A DNA stretch of 63,076 nt, filler included, from Nanobdellati archaeon (GTDB taxonomy: Archaea; Nanobdellota; Nanobdellia; Woesearchaeales; JAADFO01), in assembly GCA_013152815.1 (NCBI GenBank). It is 4 parts of 4 records of this genome, joined end to end, with 100 filler letters (N's around TTAATTAATTAA, not from the genome) between each part and the next. Parts side by side here need not be neighbours in the genome. Positions count along the whole stretch, not along the records: positions 1 to 30,230 come from JAADFO010000033.1; positions 30,331 to 36,878 come from JAADFO010000034.1; 2 more parts are not named here. One strand, written 5' to 3'. The translations under genes were made by a program, and so were the position numbers. Positions 20,415 through 30,332 of this stretch are shown one piece after another (position 1 is the first letter of the stretch; the number at the start of each line of letters is the position of its first letter). The notes beneath the pieces were generated by a model. It saw nothing but the letters and a program-made list of their open reading frames with translations. It had not been told where the DNA came from and made no database searches.

Positions 20415-21608
20415 ATGGAAACGAACAAGCTGAGGATGCTCAAAGAGTCCCTGAAACAGAGGATCGCGGGATTAGGACCCAAAAAGAAGAAGGCGGCACC
20501 GCCGGAAGAAAATGTTGCTGAGACAGGCCCGCCCACAAAGTATCAGACCAAGGAATGGAAAGAGAAGACAAAGATCTTCGAGAAAGAGCTCGAAAAGAGA
20601 CGCAGACAGAGGAAGGACAGGATAAAGAAGGCGAAACGGAAAGGGGTGGATGTCCATCTGCACTTTGCCCGGGCAGGCATGATGATCGAGCACACCATGC
20701 TGTCCAAGAAACTGTTCAATATCGCCATCGTCATCAACCTGTTCATCACCGGCTGGATGATCTATTTCTTCGCGACCAGAGAGGGGTATCGCATCAGCAC
20801 GGTCCTGCTCTCCACCGTGCTCATCTGGTTCGTCCTCTTCTTTGTGGTGCTCTTCATCCTCTGGCTGCTGTTCTATATCTCTCTGGACGTGAAGATATTC
20901 AAGAGGAAGAAGACCATAGAAGAGGTGCTTCCTGATTTCCTTGAACTGACCTCTGCCAACATCAATGCAGGGATGACCATCGACAAGGCCATGTGGTACG
21001 CCATCAGACCGAAATTCGGTGTCCTCGCGAAAGAGGTGGAGACCATCGCCAAACAGTCCATGGGCGGAGTCGAGCTTTCTGAAGCCATGCGCATCTTCTC
21101 CAATAAATACGACTCCAAGGTGTTGCGTCGGGCCGTGAACCTGCTCATCGAAGGCATAGATGCCGGTGGAGAGATAGGGAATCTTCTGCATAAGATCGCC
21201 AGCGACATCAAGGAATCCCAGCTGCTCAAGAAAGAGATGGCCGCCTCGGTCACCAATTACACCATCTTCATCATCTTTGCGGCCATCATCGCAGCACCGC
21301 TGCTCATGGCTCTCGCATCCCAGCTGCTGGATGTCATATCGTCCATCATCACATCGATAGACCTCCCCAAATCAGCATCGGTCCCCATAAGCCTCAGCGG
21401 GGCAGGCATAAAGAGCGTCGATTTCCACATCTTCAGCTATCTGAGCCTCGGTCTCACCGCACTTTTCTCGGCGATGATCGTCGCCATAATCAAGAAGGGA
21501 GAGGTGAAGGACGGCATCAAATACATCCCCATGTTCATAGCCATATCGTTCCTCATCTTCACCATCCTGGACAGGATCTTCGGCTTCTTCCTCGGTTCCA
21601 TCTTCTGA
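20415..21608 (+). CDS. Type II secretion system F / TadC-like platform protein
   Basis: IEEVLPDFLELTSANINAGMTIDKAM..FGVL..GGEIGNLL; several TM helices. Confidence 0.88.
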   Translation: METNKLRMLKESLKQRIAGLGPKKKKAAPPEENVAETGPPTKYQTKEWKEKTKIFEKELEKRRRQRKDRIKKAKRKGVDVHLHFARAGMMIEHTMLSKKLFNIAIVINLFITGWMIYFFATREGYRISTVLLSTVLIWFVLFFVVLFILWLLFYISLDVKIFKRKKTIEEVLPDFLELTSANINAGMTIDKAMWYAIRPKFGVLAKEVETIAKQSMGGVELSEAMRIFSNKYDSKVLRRAVNLLIEGIDAGGEIGNLLHKIASDIKESQLLKKEMAASVTNYTIFIIFAAIIAAPLLMALASQLLDVISSIITSIDLPKSASVPISLSGAGIKSVDFHIFSYLSLGLTALFSAMIVAIIKKGEVKDGIKYIPMFIAISFLIFTILDRIFGFFLGSIF

Positions 21609-21688
21609 AGGGACGGGGCAGGCCATCATCGTTCAACACCAGATAATGAGAACAAACCTTTAAATATCTGTCAGGACAGGGAAGGAAC

Positions 21689-22036
21689 ATGCTGAGCAAG
21701 AAAAGGCACCATAATTTCTTCGAGAAGATCCTTCTTGTGGTAGGGCTCGGTGTCACGGTCGTCGGTTTCTTCCTCATCCAGGAAGCGTACAAGAGCGACC
21801 AGGGGCTGACCTGGCTCATGCTCCTGACCATCTTCAGCTGGCTGACCCTGCTCATCCTGTTCATCGTCTCCTCGCTCAATGCCGATGTGAAGGAAGAGCT
21901 TGTAAGGATCCTCACCGAGCACATCGAAGAGACAAAACTCCTCAAGGACATAGCCCATGAGCAGCTCAGGGAGACGAGAGAGCTCAACGAAACGCTGCAT
22001 AGGCATCTGGTGGGAAAGGGCAGAAAGAAGATATAG
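21689..22036 (+). CDS. Hypothetical 2-TM membrane protein with coiled-coil tail
   Basis: Two hydrophobic segments, own TATA-like tttaaata upstream. Confidence 0.7.
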   Translation: MLSKKRHHNFFEKILLVVGLGVTVVGFFLIQEAYKSDQGLTWLMLLTIFSWLTLLILFIVSSLNADVKEELVRILTEHIEETKLLKDIAHEQLRETRELNETLHRHLVGKGRKKI

Positions 22037-22448
22037 ATACGGCGAGATGATTCTGAGACTGTTTTTTCGGACAAGGGACCAAAGAAACACATCCAACGGC
22101 AATATGAAATCCTGCAAGAATGTGCCAAATACATGACCTACTCCATCGACGATGCTCAGCAACAAGTTGCTGGCACCAAAGGGAACCGTATACGTTGCAT
22201 ACGAACCCCGTCGGCCAGCCATCATTGTCCTCCTTTCAGTCGGAAATGCTGACATTGATGGCACAGACGATCATGCATTTGGCAAAAAAGCAGAGGATTT
22301 CATAATAGCCCATCCAACAAAAGATATTTATATGAGCAATCCAATAAAAGAGCAGTAGCATAGAGAGTATATAAATAGAGCGCAGAGTACGCATAGTAAA
22401 GAGCAGATGAATGTCCATAGAACAGATGGAAAAAAGAGGTGAACGATC

Positions 22449-22931
22449 ATGAAGAGAGCACAGGCGGCAATGGAATTTCTCATGACCTATGGCTGGGCCA
22501 TACTGGTCGTGCTGGCCGCAATAGGAGCCCTGGCGTATTTTGGTGTGTTGAGCCCTGACCGGTTCCTGCCTGAACGATGCACAGGACCTGCAGGCATGGA
22601 CTGTCTGGAGAAAGCATCCATAGATTCGAATGCCAACACCATATCCTTCGCGAGCAAGAACAACCTGGGTAACTCCATCAACATCACGGCGGTGAACGTG
22701 AGCAGCAGTGACTGCACCCTTTCGAGCGCGACGGTGACGGTGGATTCGACAACCTATACTATCCCCGCACAAGCGGCGCCGGTGACCAATGCGCAGAACT
22801 TCGTGGTCGAAGTGACCTGCACCAGCCTGGCGACAGGAAGGACGAGCGCAGACATCTCCCTCACCTACCTGACCCAGGAGACCGGCCTCAGCCATAAGGC
22901 AGCCTATAGCATCGCAGGAAAGGCCTCATAA
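22449..22931 (+). CDS. Probable major type IV pilin
   Basis: MKRA/QAAMEFLMTYGWAILVVLAAIGALAYFGV; GAGGTGA SD, own promoter and T-rich terminator. Confidence 0.9.
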   Translation: MKRAQAAMEFLMTYGWAILVVLAAIGALAYFGVLSPDRFLPERCTGPAGMDCLEKASIDSNANTISFASKNNLGNSINITAVNVSSSDCTLSSATVTVDSTTYTIPAQAAPVTNAQNFVVEVTCTSLATGRTSADISLTYLTQETGLSHKAAYSIAGKAS

Positions 22932-22936
22932 GGTCT

Positions 22937-22970
22937 TGTTTTTTCTTTTTTCTGTTCTTTTTTCTTTCTG
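22937..22970 (+). terminator. Oligo-T archaeal terminator
   Basis: Several T5-T7 runs directly after the pilin stop. Confidence 0.55.
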
Positions 22971-23086
22971 TGGTTCAGCCTCTCGTCTCTCTGTTGCATC
23001 GCTGAACAGAAGAACAGCCCAAGCAAGACCATCAGGAAACAGAACAAAGCAACACAAAAGAAATAGCGTCTCACAGGCACTATGCA

Positions 23087-23713
23087 CTATCTGATGAGCT
23101 TGTAGCGGCGCAGGATCTCTTTGACTATCGAGAATTCGGGAGATTCCTTGAATTCCTTCCGTTTATGGGGTGTCATCTCTTTCATGAGAAGGACGGTGAT
23201 CTTTCCCAGGGTCTTGATGTCATGGAGGACCAACTCATCAGGCCTGCCCTCCTCTTCTTCCACCTGGTCTATATCCGCCTCGTCCTCGTTGTTCCAGCTC
23301 TCACGACGCTGGAAGATCGCGTTCACAGACCGGACAAAACGCTCGAGTATGCCTCTCTTCTTCTCTTCTATGGCCTCTTCCTGTTCCATCAGCTGGGCTT
23401 CTTTGTCGGCGAGCGAATCATATTCATAGCTGTAGACCTCTTCGAGCTCGTGTATCTCTTCCTTCTCTTCGCTGTCTTCCGGTCTGAAGTTGAAGAACCG
23501 CAGGAGACGACCGAAGATCCCCTGAGAACTGCCCTCTCCTTCATAGTCCTCGAGTTCCTTCTCCTCGTCCGCCTCATCGACAGGAAGGGCCTCGGGTTTC
23601 GGCCGGGACTGTTTTGAAGCAGGCAAGAAATCATCAGACTCCTTGGAGGAGAGATAATCATCCAGTTCCTTGTTGAAGGCATGCCGGTTTTCTTTCACGA
23701 CCATACATATCAC
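23087..23713 (-). CDS. Acidic hypothetical protein with FNxELDDYLS motif
   Basis: E/D-rich 208-aa ORF; start approximate. Confidence 0.75.
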   Translation of the reverse strand: MICMVVKENRHAFNKELDDYLSSKESDDFLPASKQSRPKPEALPVDEADEEKELEDYEGEGSSQGIFGRLLRFFNFRPEDSEEKEEIHELEEVYSYEYDSLADKEAQLMEQEEAIEEKKRGILERFVRSVNAIFQRRESWNNEDEADIDQVEEEEGRPDELVLHDIKTLGKITVLLMKEMTPHKRKEFKESPEFSIVKEILRRYKLIR

Positions 23714-23810
23714 CCGTCGAGGCGGCCCAGAGCACCGTTCCGGTGCATGGCAGACGCTGTTTTTACAATAAAAGAAATGCTATAAAAACATTTGCATTAT
23801 TGACCCTTTC

Positions 23811-24752
23811 ATGGTGAGAAAAGCGACGGCAGCAGGACGGTTCTACGAGGATGACCCTGAAGCGCTCAGAGGACAGATACGCTCCTGTTTCACGCACCCT
23901 CTTGGTCCGGGAACTCTCAGGCCCTCTCCAAGACAACCAGGGAGGCAAGAGGTCCGAGAACCCGTTGTGGGAGCGATCGTCCCCCATGCAGGACTCATGT
24001 TCTCCGGGATGTGCGCAGCCCATGTCTACCAAGAACTGGCCCAAGAACTGGCGGCTCAGGAAGAGGAGCCGGTCTTCCTCATCCTGGGGGTCAACCACAC
24101 AGGATATGGATCCACCTCGCTCCTGCTGGAGGATTTCGAGACCCCGTTGGGCATCGCCAAGGTGGACCAGAAATTGGGCAGGCATCTCATGGAGCAGGTC
24201 GGGATCCCTGATGACCCCCTGGCCCATCGCCATGAGCATTCCATAGAGGTCCAGCTCCCTTTCCTCCAGACCATTTTCAGGAAGTTCACCTTTGTTCCGC
24301 TCATCCTCAATGAGATGGACGGCCTGACAGAGCTCTCCAGAAAGATCGGAGACACGGTAGCGTCCTTTGAGCAGGAGTCCCACAAGTCTCACAGGAAGGT
24401 CATCGTCCTGGCCAGTGCGGATTTTACGCATTATGGGCCCCGATACGGCTATGTGCCCTTTACCGGACGGGTGCAGGAACAGCTCCGACAGCTTGACCAG
24501 GGCGCAATAGACACCATCCTGAGGATGGACCCTGACGCTTTCATCGGCTATCTTCGGAAGACCGAAGCGACCATCTGCGGTGCCCTGACCATCCCTTCCC
24601 TGTTGACCATCCTGGACCGGCGGACGCAGGGGACCGGGAAACATATCGTCCCGAAGCTCCTGAAGTACTATACCTCCGGCGACCTTCTGCAGGATCATGA
24701 GAATACGGTCAGCTATGCTTCCATAGTCTTCCGAGAAACTCGGGAAGCATAG
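23811..24752 (+). CDS. amrB: MEMO1 / AmmeMemoRadiSam protein B
   Basis: RKATAAGRFY, VPHAG, EHSIEVQLPFLQ, ADFTHYG, TICG, VSYAS. Confidence 0.92.
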   Translation: MVRKATAAGRFYEDDPEALRGQIRSCFTHPLGPGTLRPSPRQPGRQEVREPVVGAIVPHAGLMFSGMCAAHVYQELAQELAAQEEEPVFLILGVNHTGYGSTSLLLEDFETPLGIAKVDQKLGRHLMEQVGIPDDPLAHRHEHSIEVQLPFLQTIFRKFTFVPLILNEMDGLTELSRKIGDTVASFEQESHKSHRKVIVLASADFTHYGPRYGYVPFTGRVQEQLRQLDQGAIDTILRMDPDAFIGYLRKTEATICGALTIPSLLTILDRRTQGTGKHIVPKLLKYYTSGDLLQDHENTVSYASIVFRETREA

Positions 24753-24788
24753 AAAATAGGAAAGAAAGACAAAAAAAGAGAAAACAGA

Positions 24789-27700
24789 TCAATGATGCTT
24801 CAGTGCCTCATTGATGATCTGCTTCTGCCAGCCTGCATCCAACAGGATCTCCCGTATCTCTGCCTTGCTCCTGCCCATCTCCAGGGATGAGCGGATGTAC
24901 ATGTCAAGACGGGCCATCTCTTCGTCGTGGTGGATGTGGGCGCCATCCTTGCCGGATGGTCCTTCGTGGGCATCCTGGAGCGGCGGGGGCGCATCTTTCT
25001 TCCCGACCTTGAGGAAGTAGACCAGGGCGCCGACGATGATCACGATGAACAGTGTCAGGAGCCAGGGCCATGTGGATCCGCCTTGTTCAGGAGTTGCAGC
25101 CGGTTTTGGCTTCGGAGGTGCAGTGACCTCTCCGGTCCCGGCCGGAGGCTGTGCAGGCTCGCCCGGAGGTGTCTCTTCGCCCGGAGGTGTCGTCTGCTCT
25201 GCGGGCGGAGTCGTGGAAGATGTCCCTTTCGCCGCTATCGCGAAGTAGCTGAAACCAGGGCTTGATGCCTCGAAGTAGACATAGGCCGCTTCGACCTTGG
25301 TCACTTTGGTGACCAGCTCCTGCCACACACCACCATGCCATCTCAACAGGACGATATCCTCGGCCGCGTGGCCGTTCTCATCGAGCCATGATACAGGCAC
25401 CCGGAAGGTGATGGTCGCTCCGTCTATGTCATTGTCGCCTGCGCCGTCCATCTCGAACTGGAGGTAGCTCTGGACCTTCAGCGACGGTTTCCCGACGGCA
25501 ACCGGTTGCACCGGCAATTCGGTGACCGTGAAATCGATCTGGCCGATGTCCCGCTTGACCTTGAAGTGCACTTCAGAGACAGGGATATTGACATTGTCGA
25601 TGAACATCCGCAGCGAAGTGCCGCCTGACACGTCGCTCCAGCCATAGGCCTCAGAGATTCCCTTGGTCGAGGTCCCTCCGCTGCCGCCGCCACCGCCGCT
25701 GCTGCCGCTGGATATGGTGGCCGTATAGGTCGCGGTCGATGATGAGGCATCAGCATTGCCGTTGTTGTCCCGGCACCGGATATAATAGGTTGCGGTCGTG
25801 GTGCTGGTATAGCTGTTGGAGAAGGTGTGGCTGGTGGTCCCCGAGCCCTCCATGGTGGACGTGAGCGAGCCATAGGCCATATCTGTATCATCATACTTGC
25901 AGGTGGCCGGTTCGTTGGTCGTCGCTGTTACGGTCACTGTCTTGGTGGACGTGCCGGATTCTGAGGTCGTGACGGTCACGACCGGTGCGGTGGTGTCGTT
26001 CAGGGTGAAAGCTACCGCCGGTGCCGTCGACCTCGAGCCGGTGTCGGTGCAGGTGACGGTCATGTTGTACTTTGAGGTGTTCATTCCGGTCAATGCCTGG
26101 CTGAACGTATAGGTGACGCCAGAGAGGGCACTGTAGGCAGAGGAGGCCTTGGTGCCGCTGACCACGGTCGAACCGCCTGCGGTTATGTTATAGACACAGA
26201 AGCTGGTGGCAGGCGATGATTCGGTGGCTGTCCAGCCGAGGGTGAAGAAGCTGTCGTTGATGACCGTGCTGTTCACCGGATTGCTCAGGGAAACAGTGGG
26301 TGCGGTGCCGTCGGTGACGGTGACGGCGATGGCTGTCGAGACGTTCTGGTTGCCTGCGGTATCGTTGGCGTACATCTGGATGTAGATGGTACCGACCTCT
26401 GCCTCGGTCAGGAGATAGCTGAGATTCGCCCAGTAGTTCGTCCCCGCTCCCACATAGGTGATGTTCAGGGGCGTCGAACTGGTGTTCTTCACGAACCAGA
26501 CGTGGTCGATGGAACTGTCGTCGGTCCAGTTGGCATAGGCATAGAGGTAGCTTCCCGATGCCACTGTTGTCGGGGTGACCCCGAACTGGTCATAGGTGAG
26601 GTTGGTCCCTGAATCAGACTGACCGTCGGTGAATCCCAACACTGCATTCGCTGTCCCGGTGCCGATCACGATGGTGGACCCTGTCCCCGTGGTGTTGCTG
26701 GTCAGCTTGAGGCTTCCTGAACTGTTGGACGCCAGGTTGGGATACTGATCGTTGATCTGGGCAGAGACGTTCACCACGTCCAGGGCCGTATCTGATGGAG
26801 CGAAGGTCACCGCGACGGCCTGTCCGTTCACCGTCAGGTTGAAGACCACAAAGGTAGGGATGGTCGCAGAGCCGTTATGTTCTGCCATATCGAAGCCGAG
26901 GACGGTGTAGGCGTTGTTGGCGATGCTGGACATCTGCACCTTGGAAGCAGAACCGTTGCTGCTCGACCTGATCACCACGTTGCCGGAGACGTTGAAGGCG
27001 GTGGCGTTCCCGATGCTGCCGTTGATCTGCAGGGAGACGTTCTCAGCCGACAGGTTGCCTCCGGTGAGGGTGATGGTCTGGTACCCTCCGCTGTCGATGG
27101 TGAAATAGAGGATGTTGTTCCTCGCCACCCCGTTGTCTGTGTAGCCGGCGCTGAGGCCGGTGAAGCCAGAGGCAAAGGAGATGTTGATGGCATTCCCAGG
27201 GACCGTCTGGGTCAATGTTATGCCTGAACCGTTGCCCGAAGCCACAACACCATGCTGGCTGGTGTTCAGGTTGATGGCCGCGATGATGGTCCCTGCAGCA
27301 GCGTTTGAGGTAAGGTTGTTCTGGTCGGCAGACCAGCTCACGTTGATGTCAGTGATGATTACGTGGCCCTTTGCAAGGTAAGCAGCCTGGCCGTTTGCCG
27401 TATACCCGGTGGTGATGTTCGACTGGCTCTCTCCATCGCTCACATTGATGGTCAGGGCTGCTGAAGGGGCTGTCCTGGTCAGGGTGATGCCGGTCCCATC
27501 TCCCGATGCGATGACATTGTGGTCAGAGGTGTTGACGTTGATGGCCGCGATGATGGTCGAGGCTGCTGCCGATGTCGTCGTCGTTCCGGTGGCAGCTGCC
27601 CAGCTTACATTCACGGCGTTGATGACCACGTCGCCTGCAGCCAGATATGCTGCCTGCCCATTGGATGTGGTGCCGACGGTCAGGTTCGCCTGATCATCAG

Positions 27701-30230
27701 CCTCGGTGATGGCTATGGTCCGGCTCGAGGCAGAGTAGATCTGCGTCAGGGTAAGGCCTGCTGCACTGCCTGAAGCGGTCACGTTGGTCTTTGAGGTGTT
27801 GGCGTTCAGGATGGACGCGAAGAACGTATAGGCCTCTGTCGTCGAGGACATGCTCGTATTCGCAGACCATGCAAAGGTGACCCCGTTCAGGGTGAAATCG
27901 CCGGCACCGAGATAGCTGTTGGGTGCTCGTCCAGAGGTGTCCGCAGTGGCGCTCAGGCCTGACTGTGAATCAGGGGCAGTCACATTGACGATCTGGGTGC
28001 GGCTCTGTTTGGTGCTGGTCAGGATGATCCCTGTCTCATCGCCGGAGGCAGAGACGTTGGTCTGGCTCGTGTTCAGGTTGATGGCGTTGATGATCTGCTG
28101 CGCCGCGACAGGAAGCGTCAGGGTTGACGTATTGTCTGCCCAGCTGCTCATCACAGCATCGACCGTCACCGTGCCTGCTGCGAGATATGCTGCCTGGCCG
28201 TTCGCGGTCACGCTCGGCTGGAGTCCGGCCTGAGGATCACCATCGCTCACGTTGATGAGGTATTGGGAACCGGTGTTCGTCTGCGTGAGGTTGATGCCGC
28301 CGAGACCTGCGACAGCGGTCACGTTGGTCTTTGAGGTGTTGGCGTTCAGGATGGACTGGAAGAAGGTCGCCTCGTCCTGTGATACGGTCATCGATGTGTT
28401 GGCTGCCCAGCTGAAGTTGATGCCGTTCAAGACAAAGTTCCCTGGTCCGAGATAGCTGTTTGCAGCTCTTCCGTTGGTGGCTGTCGTGGTGGACAGTCCG
28501 GATTGTGTGTCGGGTGAGGTAACAGCTATCACGTCACTGATGCTCTGATAGATGTTTGTCAGGGCGATGCCTGTCTCGTCACCTGATGCCGTGACGTTCG
28601 AATCGGTCCTGTTCACGTTAATCGCGGCGATGATCGTCACCGCAGCATCGGCAGCAGACACGTTGCTCGTCGCATCAGACCAGCTCACATTCACCCCGTT
28701 CAAGATGACAGAACCGCCCATCAGATACGCGGCCTGCCCATTGGATGTGGTCATGACGGTAAGGTTCGCCTGATCATCAGCCTCGGTGACATCGATAACA
28801 TACTGAGAACCGTTCTGCGTCTGCGTCAGGTTGATGCCGTCAGGAGCGGCGAGCGCAGTCACGTTGGTCTGGCTCGTGTTCGCATTGATCAACGCCTGGA
28901 AGAAAGACGCCTCTGCAGCAGGCGTAGTGAGGCTGATGTTCCTGCTCCAGGAGAAGACGAGACCGTTGAGCGTGAAGCTTCCTGCTCCCAGGTAGCTGTC
29001 TGCCTGCCTGCCGCTCGTGTTGAGGCCGGTGCTGATGCCGGACTGGGCATCAGCATAGGTGACATTGATGATATATGCGCTGCCGGAGATGTTGGTCTCG
29101 AGATCGATGCCGGTCTGGTCTCCGCCTGCGAAGACATTGGTGGCTGTCGAGTTGGCGTTGATGGCAGAGATGATGGTGGTCGCGGCCGCGGTGGTCGTCA
29201 GGGTACTTGTCCCATCAGCCCAGGTAGAGTTGACGCCGTTGATGACCACGTAGCCTGCGGCCAGATACGGTGCCTGGCCGTTGGCTGTATACCCCAGGGT
29301 AATGTTCGGCTGGGCGTTCTCCTCGGTCACATTGATGGCGAATTGCACACCCGGATAGGTCTGGGTAAGGGTCAGACCTGCCGAGGTTCCCGAAGCAGAG
29401 ATGTTATGCTCTGTGGTATTGGTATTGATCAGGTTGATGAAGAAGGTCGCTGCATCAGCGACATTGGTCATGCTGTAGTTCGTCGCCCAGGTCATGTTGA
29501 TGCCGTTGATGACCAGGTCACCTGCGGAGAGGTAGCTGTCTGCAGAGCCGCCGTTCTGCGTCGTCCCGTCTGAGAGGCCGGTCTGGCTGTCTGCACTGAC
29601 AATCACGATGCCGTCGTCATAGGATTGGTAGATGTTGGTCAGCGTGATGCCGGTCCCGTCTCCTGTCGCGGTCAGGTTGTGGTCGGTGGTGTTGACGTTG
29701 ACGAGACCGATGATCTCTGAGGCGGCATCGTTGGCTGTCGTCGCGCTGGTGTTTGCTCCCCAGGAGATAAGGATGGTGTTCAGGGTGACGTTCCCTGCGG
29801 CAAGATAGCTGTTGGCGTCAAATCCGCCGGAGAGAGAACGGTTTTCTGGACTCACTGAACCGTCGCTGGTGAGCGATGCGCTGATCAGGGTGGATGCGGT
29901 GGTGTTCTTGGTGCCGGAGATGGCATAGACGACATGCTGCCAGGTGGTGATATTGTACCAGCCAGAAGAGTTCAGGTCATAGTAGGCGTACACTTCTGTC
30001 AACGAGCCGTTGGTGATGCTCACGTTGAGCCTTCCTGCGACAGTATCGTTGAGGATGGAGACGTTGACCAGATTGCCTGATGCTCCGGTCAGCAACGCTG
30101 TATAGGTTACATTTGTGCCGGTATAGGATGCCTTTATTTCCGGACCAGAGAGGTTCAGTGCACTTCCTGTGACCGTTGCATTGGTGGCGGTACTGACGAA
30201 ACCGACCGCACCATAGCTGCTGTTGGTCGC
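24789..30230 (-). CDS. Giant S/T/N-rich surface glycoprotein with PGF-pre-PGF domain (5' partial, >1800 aa)
   Basis: Frame stays open from 30095 up to the contig end at 30230; ten ~90-aa repeats; SPGFSYFAI, Pro-rich linker, TM helix, cytoplasmic YIRSSLEMG..GW tail. Confidence 0.88.
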   Translation of the reverse strand, partial: ATNSSYGAVGFVSTATNATVTGSALNLSGPEIKASYTGTNVTYTALLTGASGNLVNVSILNDTVAGRLNVSITNGSLTEVYAYYDLNSSGWYNITTWQHVVYAISGTKNTTASTLISASLTSDGSVSPENRSLSGGFDANSYLAAGNVTLNTILISWGANTSATTANDAASEIIGLVNVNTTDHNLTATGDGTGITLTNIYQSYDDGIVIVSADSQTGLSDGTTQNGGSADSYLSAGDLVINGINMTWATNYSMTNVADAATFFINLINTNTTEHNISASGTSAGLTLTQTYPGVQFAINVTEENAQPNITLGYTANGQAPYLAAGYVVINGVNSTWADGTSTLTTTAAATTIISAINANSTATNVFAGGDQTGIDLETNISGSAYIINVTYADAQSGISTGLNTSGRQADSYLGAGSFTLNGLVFSWSRNISLTTPAAEASFFQALINANTSQTNVTALAAPDGINLTQTQNGSQYVIDVTEADDQANLTVMTTSNGQAAYLMGGSVILNGVNVSWSDATSNVSAADAAVTIIAAINVNRTDSNVTASGDETGIALTNIYQSISDVIAVTSPDTQSGLSTTTATNGRAANSYLGPGNFVLNGINFSWAANTSMTVSQDEATFFQSILNANTSKTNVTAVAGLGGINLTQTNTGSQYLINVSDGDPQAGLQPSVTANGQAAYLAAGTVTVDAVMSSWADNTSTLTLPVAAQQIINAINLNTSQTNVSASGDETGIILTSTKQSRTQIVNVTAPDSQSGLSATADTSGRAPNSYLGAGDFTLNGVTFAWSANTSMSSTTEAYTFFASILNANTSKTNVTASGSAAGLTLTQIYSASSRTIAITEADDQANLTVGTTSNGQAAYLAAGDVVINAVNVSWAAATGTTTTSAAASTIIAAINVNTSDHNVIASGDGTGITLTRTAPSAALTINVSDGESQSNITTGYTANGQAAYLAKGHVIITDINVSWSADQNNLTSNAAAGTIIAAINLNTSQHGVVASGNGSGITLTQTVPGNAINISFASGFTGLSAGYTDNGVARNNILYFTIDSGGYQTITLTGGNLSAENVSLQINGSIGNATAFNVSGNVVIRSSSNGSASKVQMSSIANNAYTVLGFDMAEHNGSATIPTFVVFNLTVNGQAVAVTFAPSDTALDVVNVSAQINDQYPNLASNSSGSLKLTSNTTGTGSTIVIGTGTANAVLGFTDGQSDSGTNLTYDQFGVTPTTVASGSYLYAYANWTDDSSIDHVWFVKNTSSTPLNITYVGAGTNYWANLSYLLTEAEVGTIYIQMYANDTAGNQNVSTAIAVTVTDGTAPTVSLSNPVNSTVINDSFFTLGWTATESSPATSFCVYNITAGGSTVVSGTKASSAYSALSGVTYTFSQALTGMNTSKYNMTVTCTDTGSRSTAPAVAFTLNDTTAPVVTVTTSESGTSTKTVTVTATTNEPATCKYDDTDMAYGSLTSTMEGSGTTSHTFSNSYTSTTTATYYIRCRDNNGNADASSSTATYTATISSGSSGGGGGSGGTSTKGISEAYGWSDVSGGTSLRMFIDNVNIPVSEVHFKVKRDIGQIDFTVTELPVQPVAVGKPSLKVQSYLQFEMDGAGDNDIDGATITFRVPVSWLDENGHAAEDIVLLRWHGGVWQELVTKVTKVEAAYVYFEASSPGFSYFAIAAKGTSSTTPPAEQTTPPGEETPPGEPAQPPAGTGEVTAPPKPKPAATPEQGGSTWPWLLTLFIVIIVGALVYFLKVGKKDAPPPLQDAHEGPSGKDGAHIHHDEEMARLDMYIRSSLEMGRSKAEIREILLDAGWQKQIINEALKHH
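27124..29816 (-). repeat. Ten tandem ~270-bp coding repeats (alternating A/B types)
   Basis: YLxxGxxxxNGxxxxW...IxxIN xNT..NVxASG...GIxLT recurs ten times in the translation. Confidence 0.9.
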
Positions 30231-30330
30231 NNNNNNNNNNNNNNNNNNNNNNNNNNNNNNNNNNNNNNNNNNNNTTAATTAATTAANNNNNNNNNNNNNN
30301 NNNNNNNNNNNNNNNNNNNNNNNNNNNNNN
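30231..30330. other. Artificial contig linker
   Basis: 44 N + TTAATTAATTAA + 44 N. Confidence 0.98.
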
Positions 30331-30332
30331 TA

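Noticed and set aside
9731..22931. Archaellum operon
   Set aside because: No archaellin, ArlH or ArlF/G motifs; the gene set fits an adhesive type IV pilus
30231..30330. TTAATTAATTAA palindrome within N runs (also 36879-36978 and 41704-41803)
   Set aside because: Identical all-frame-stop linker used to concatenate contigs; not biological
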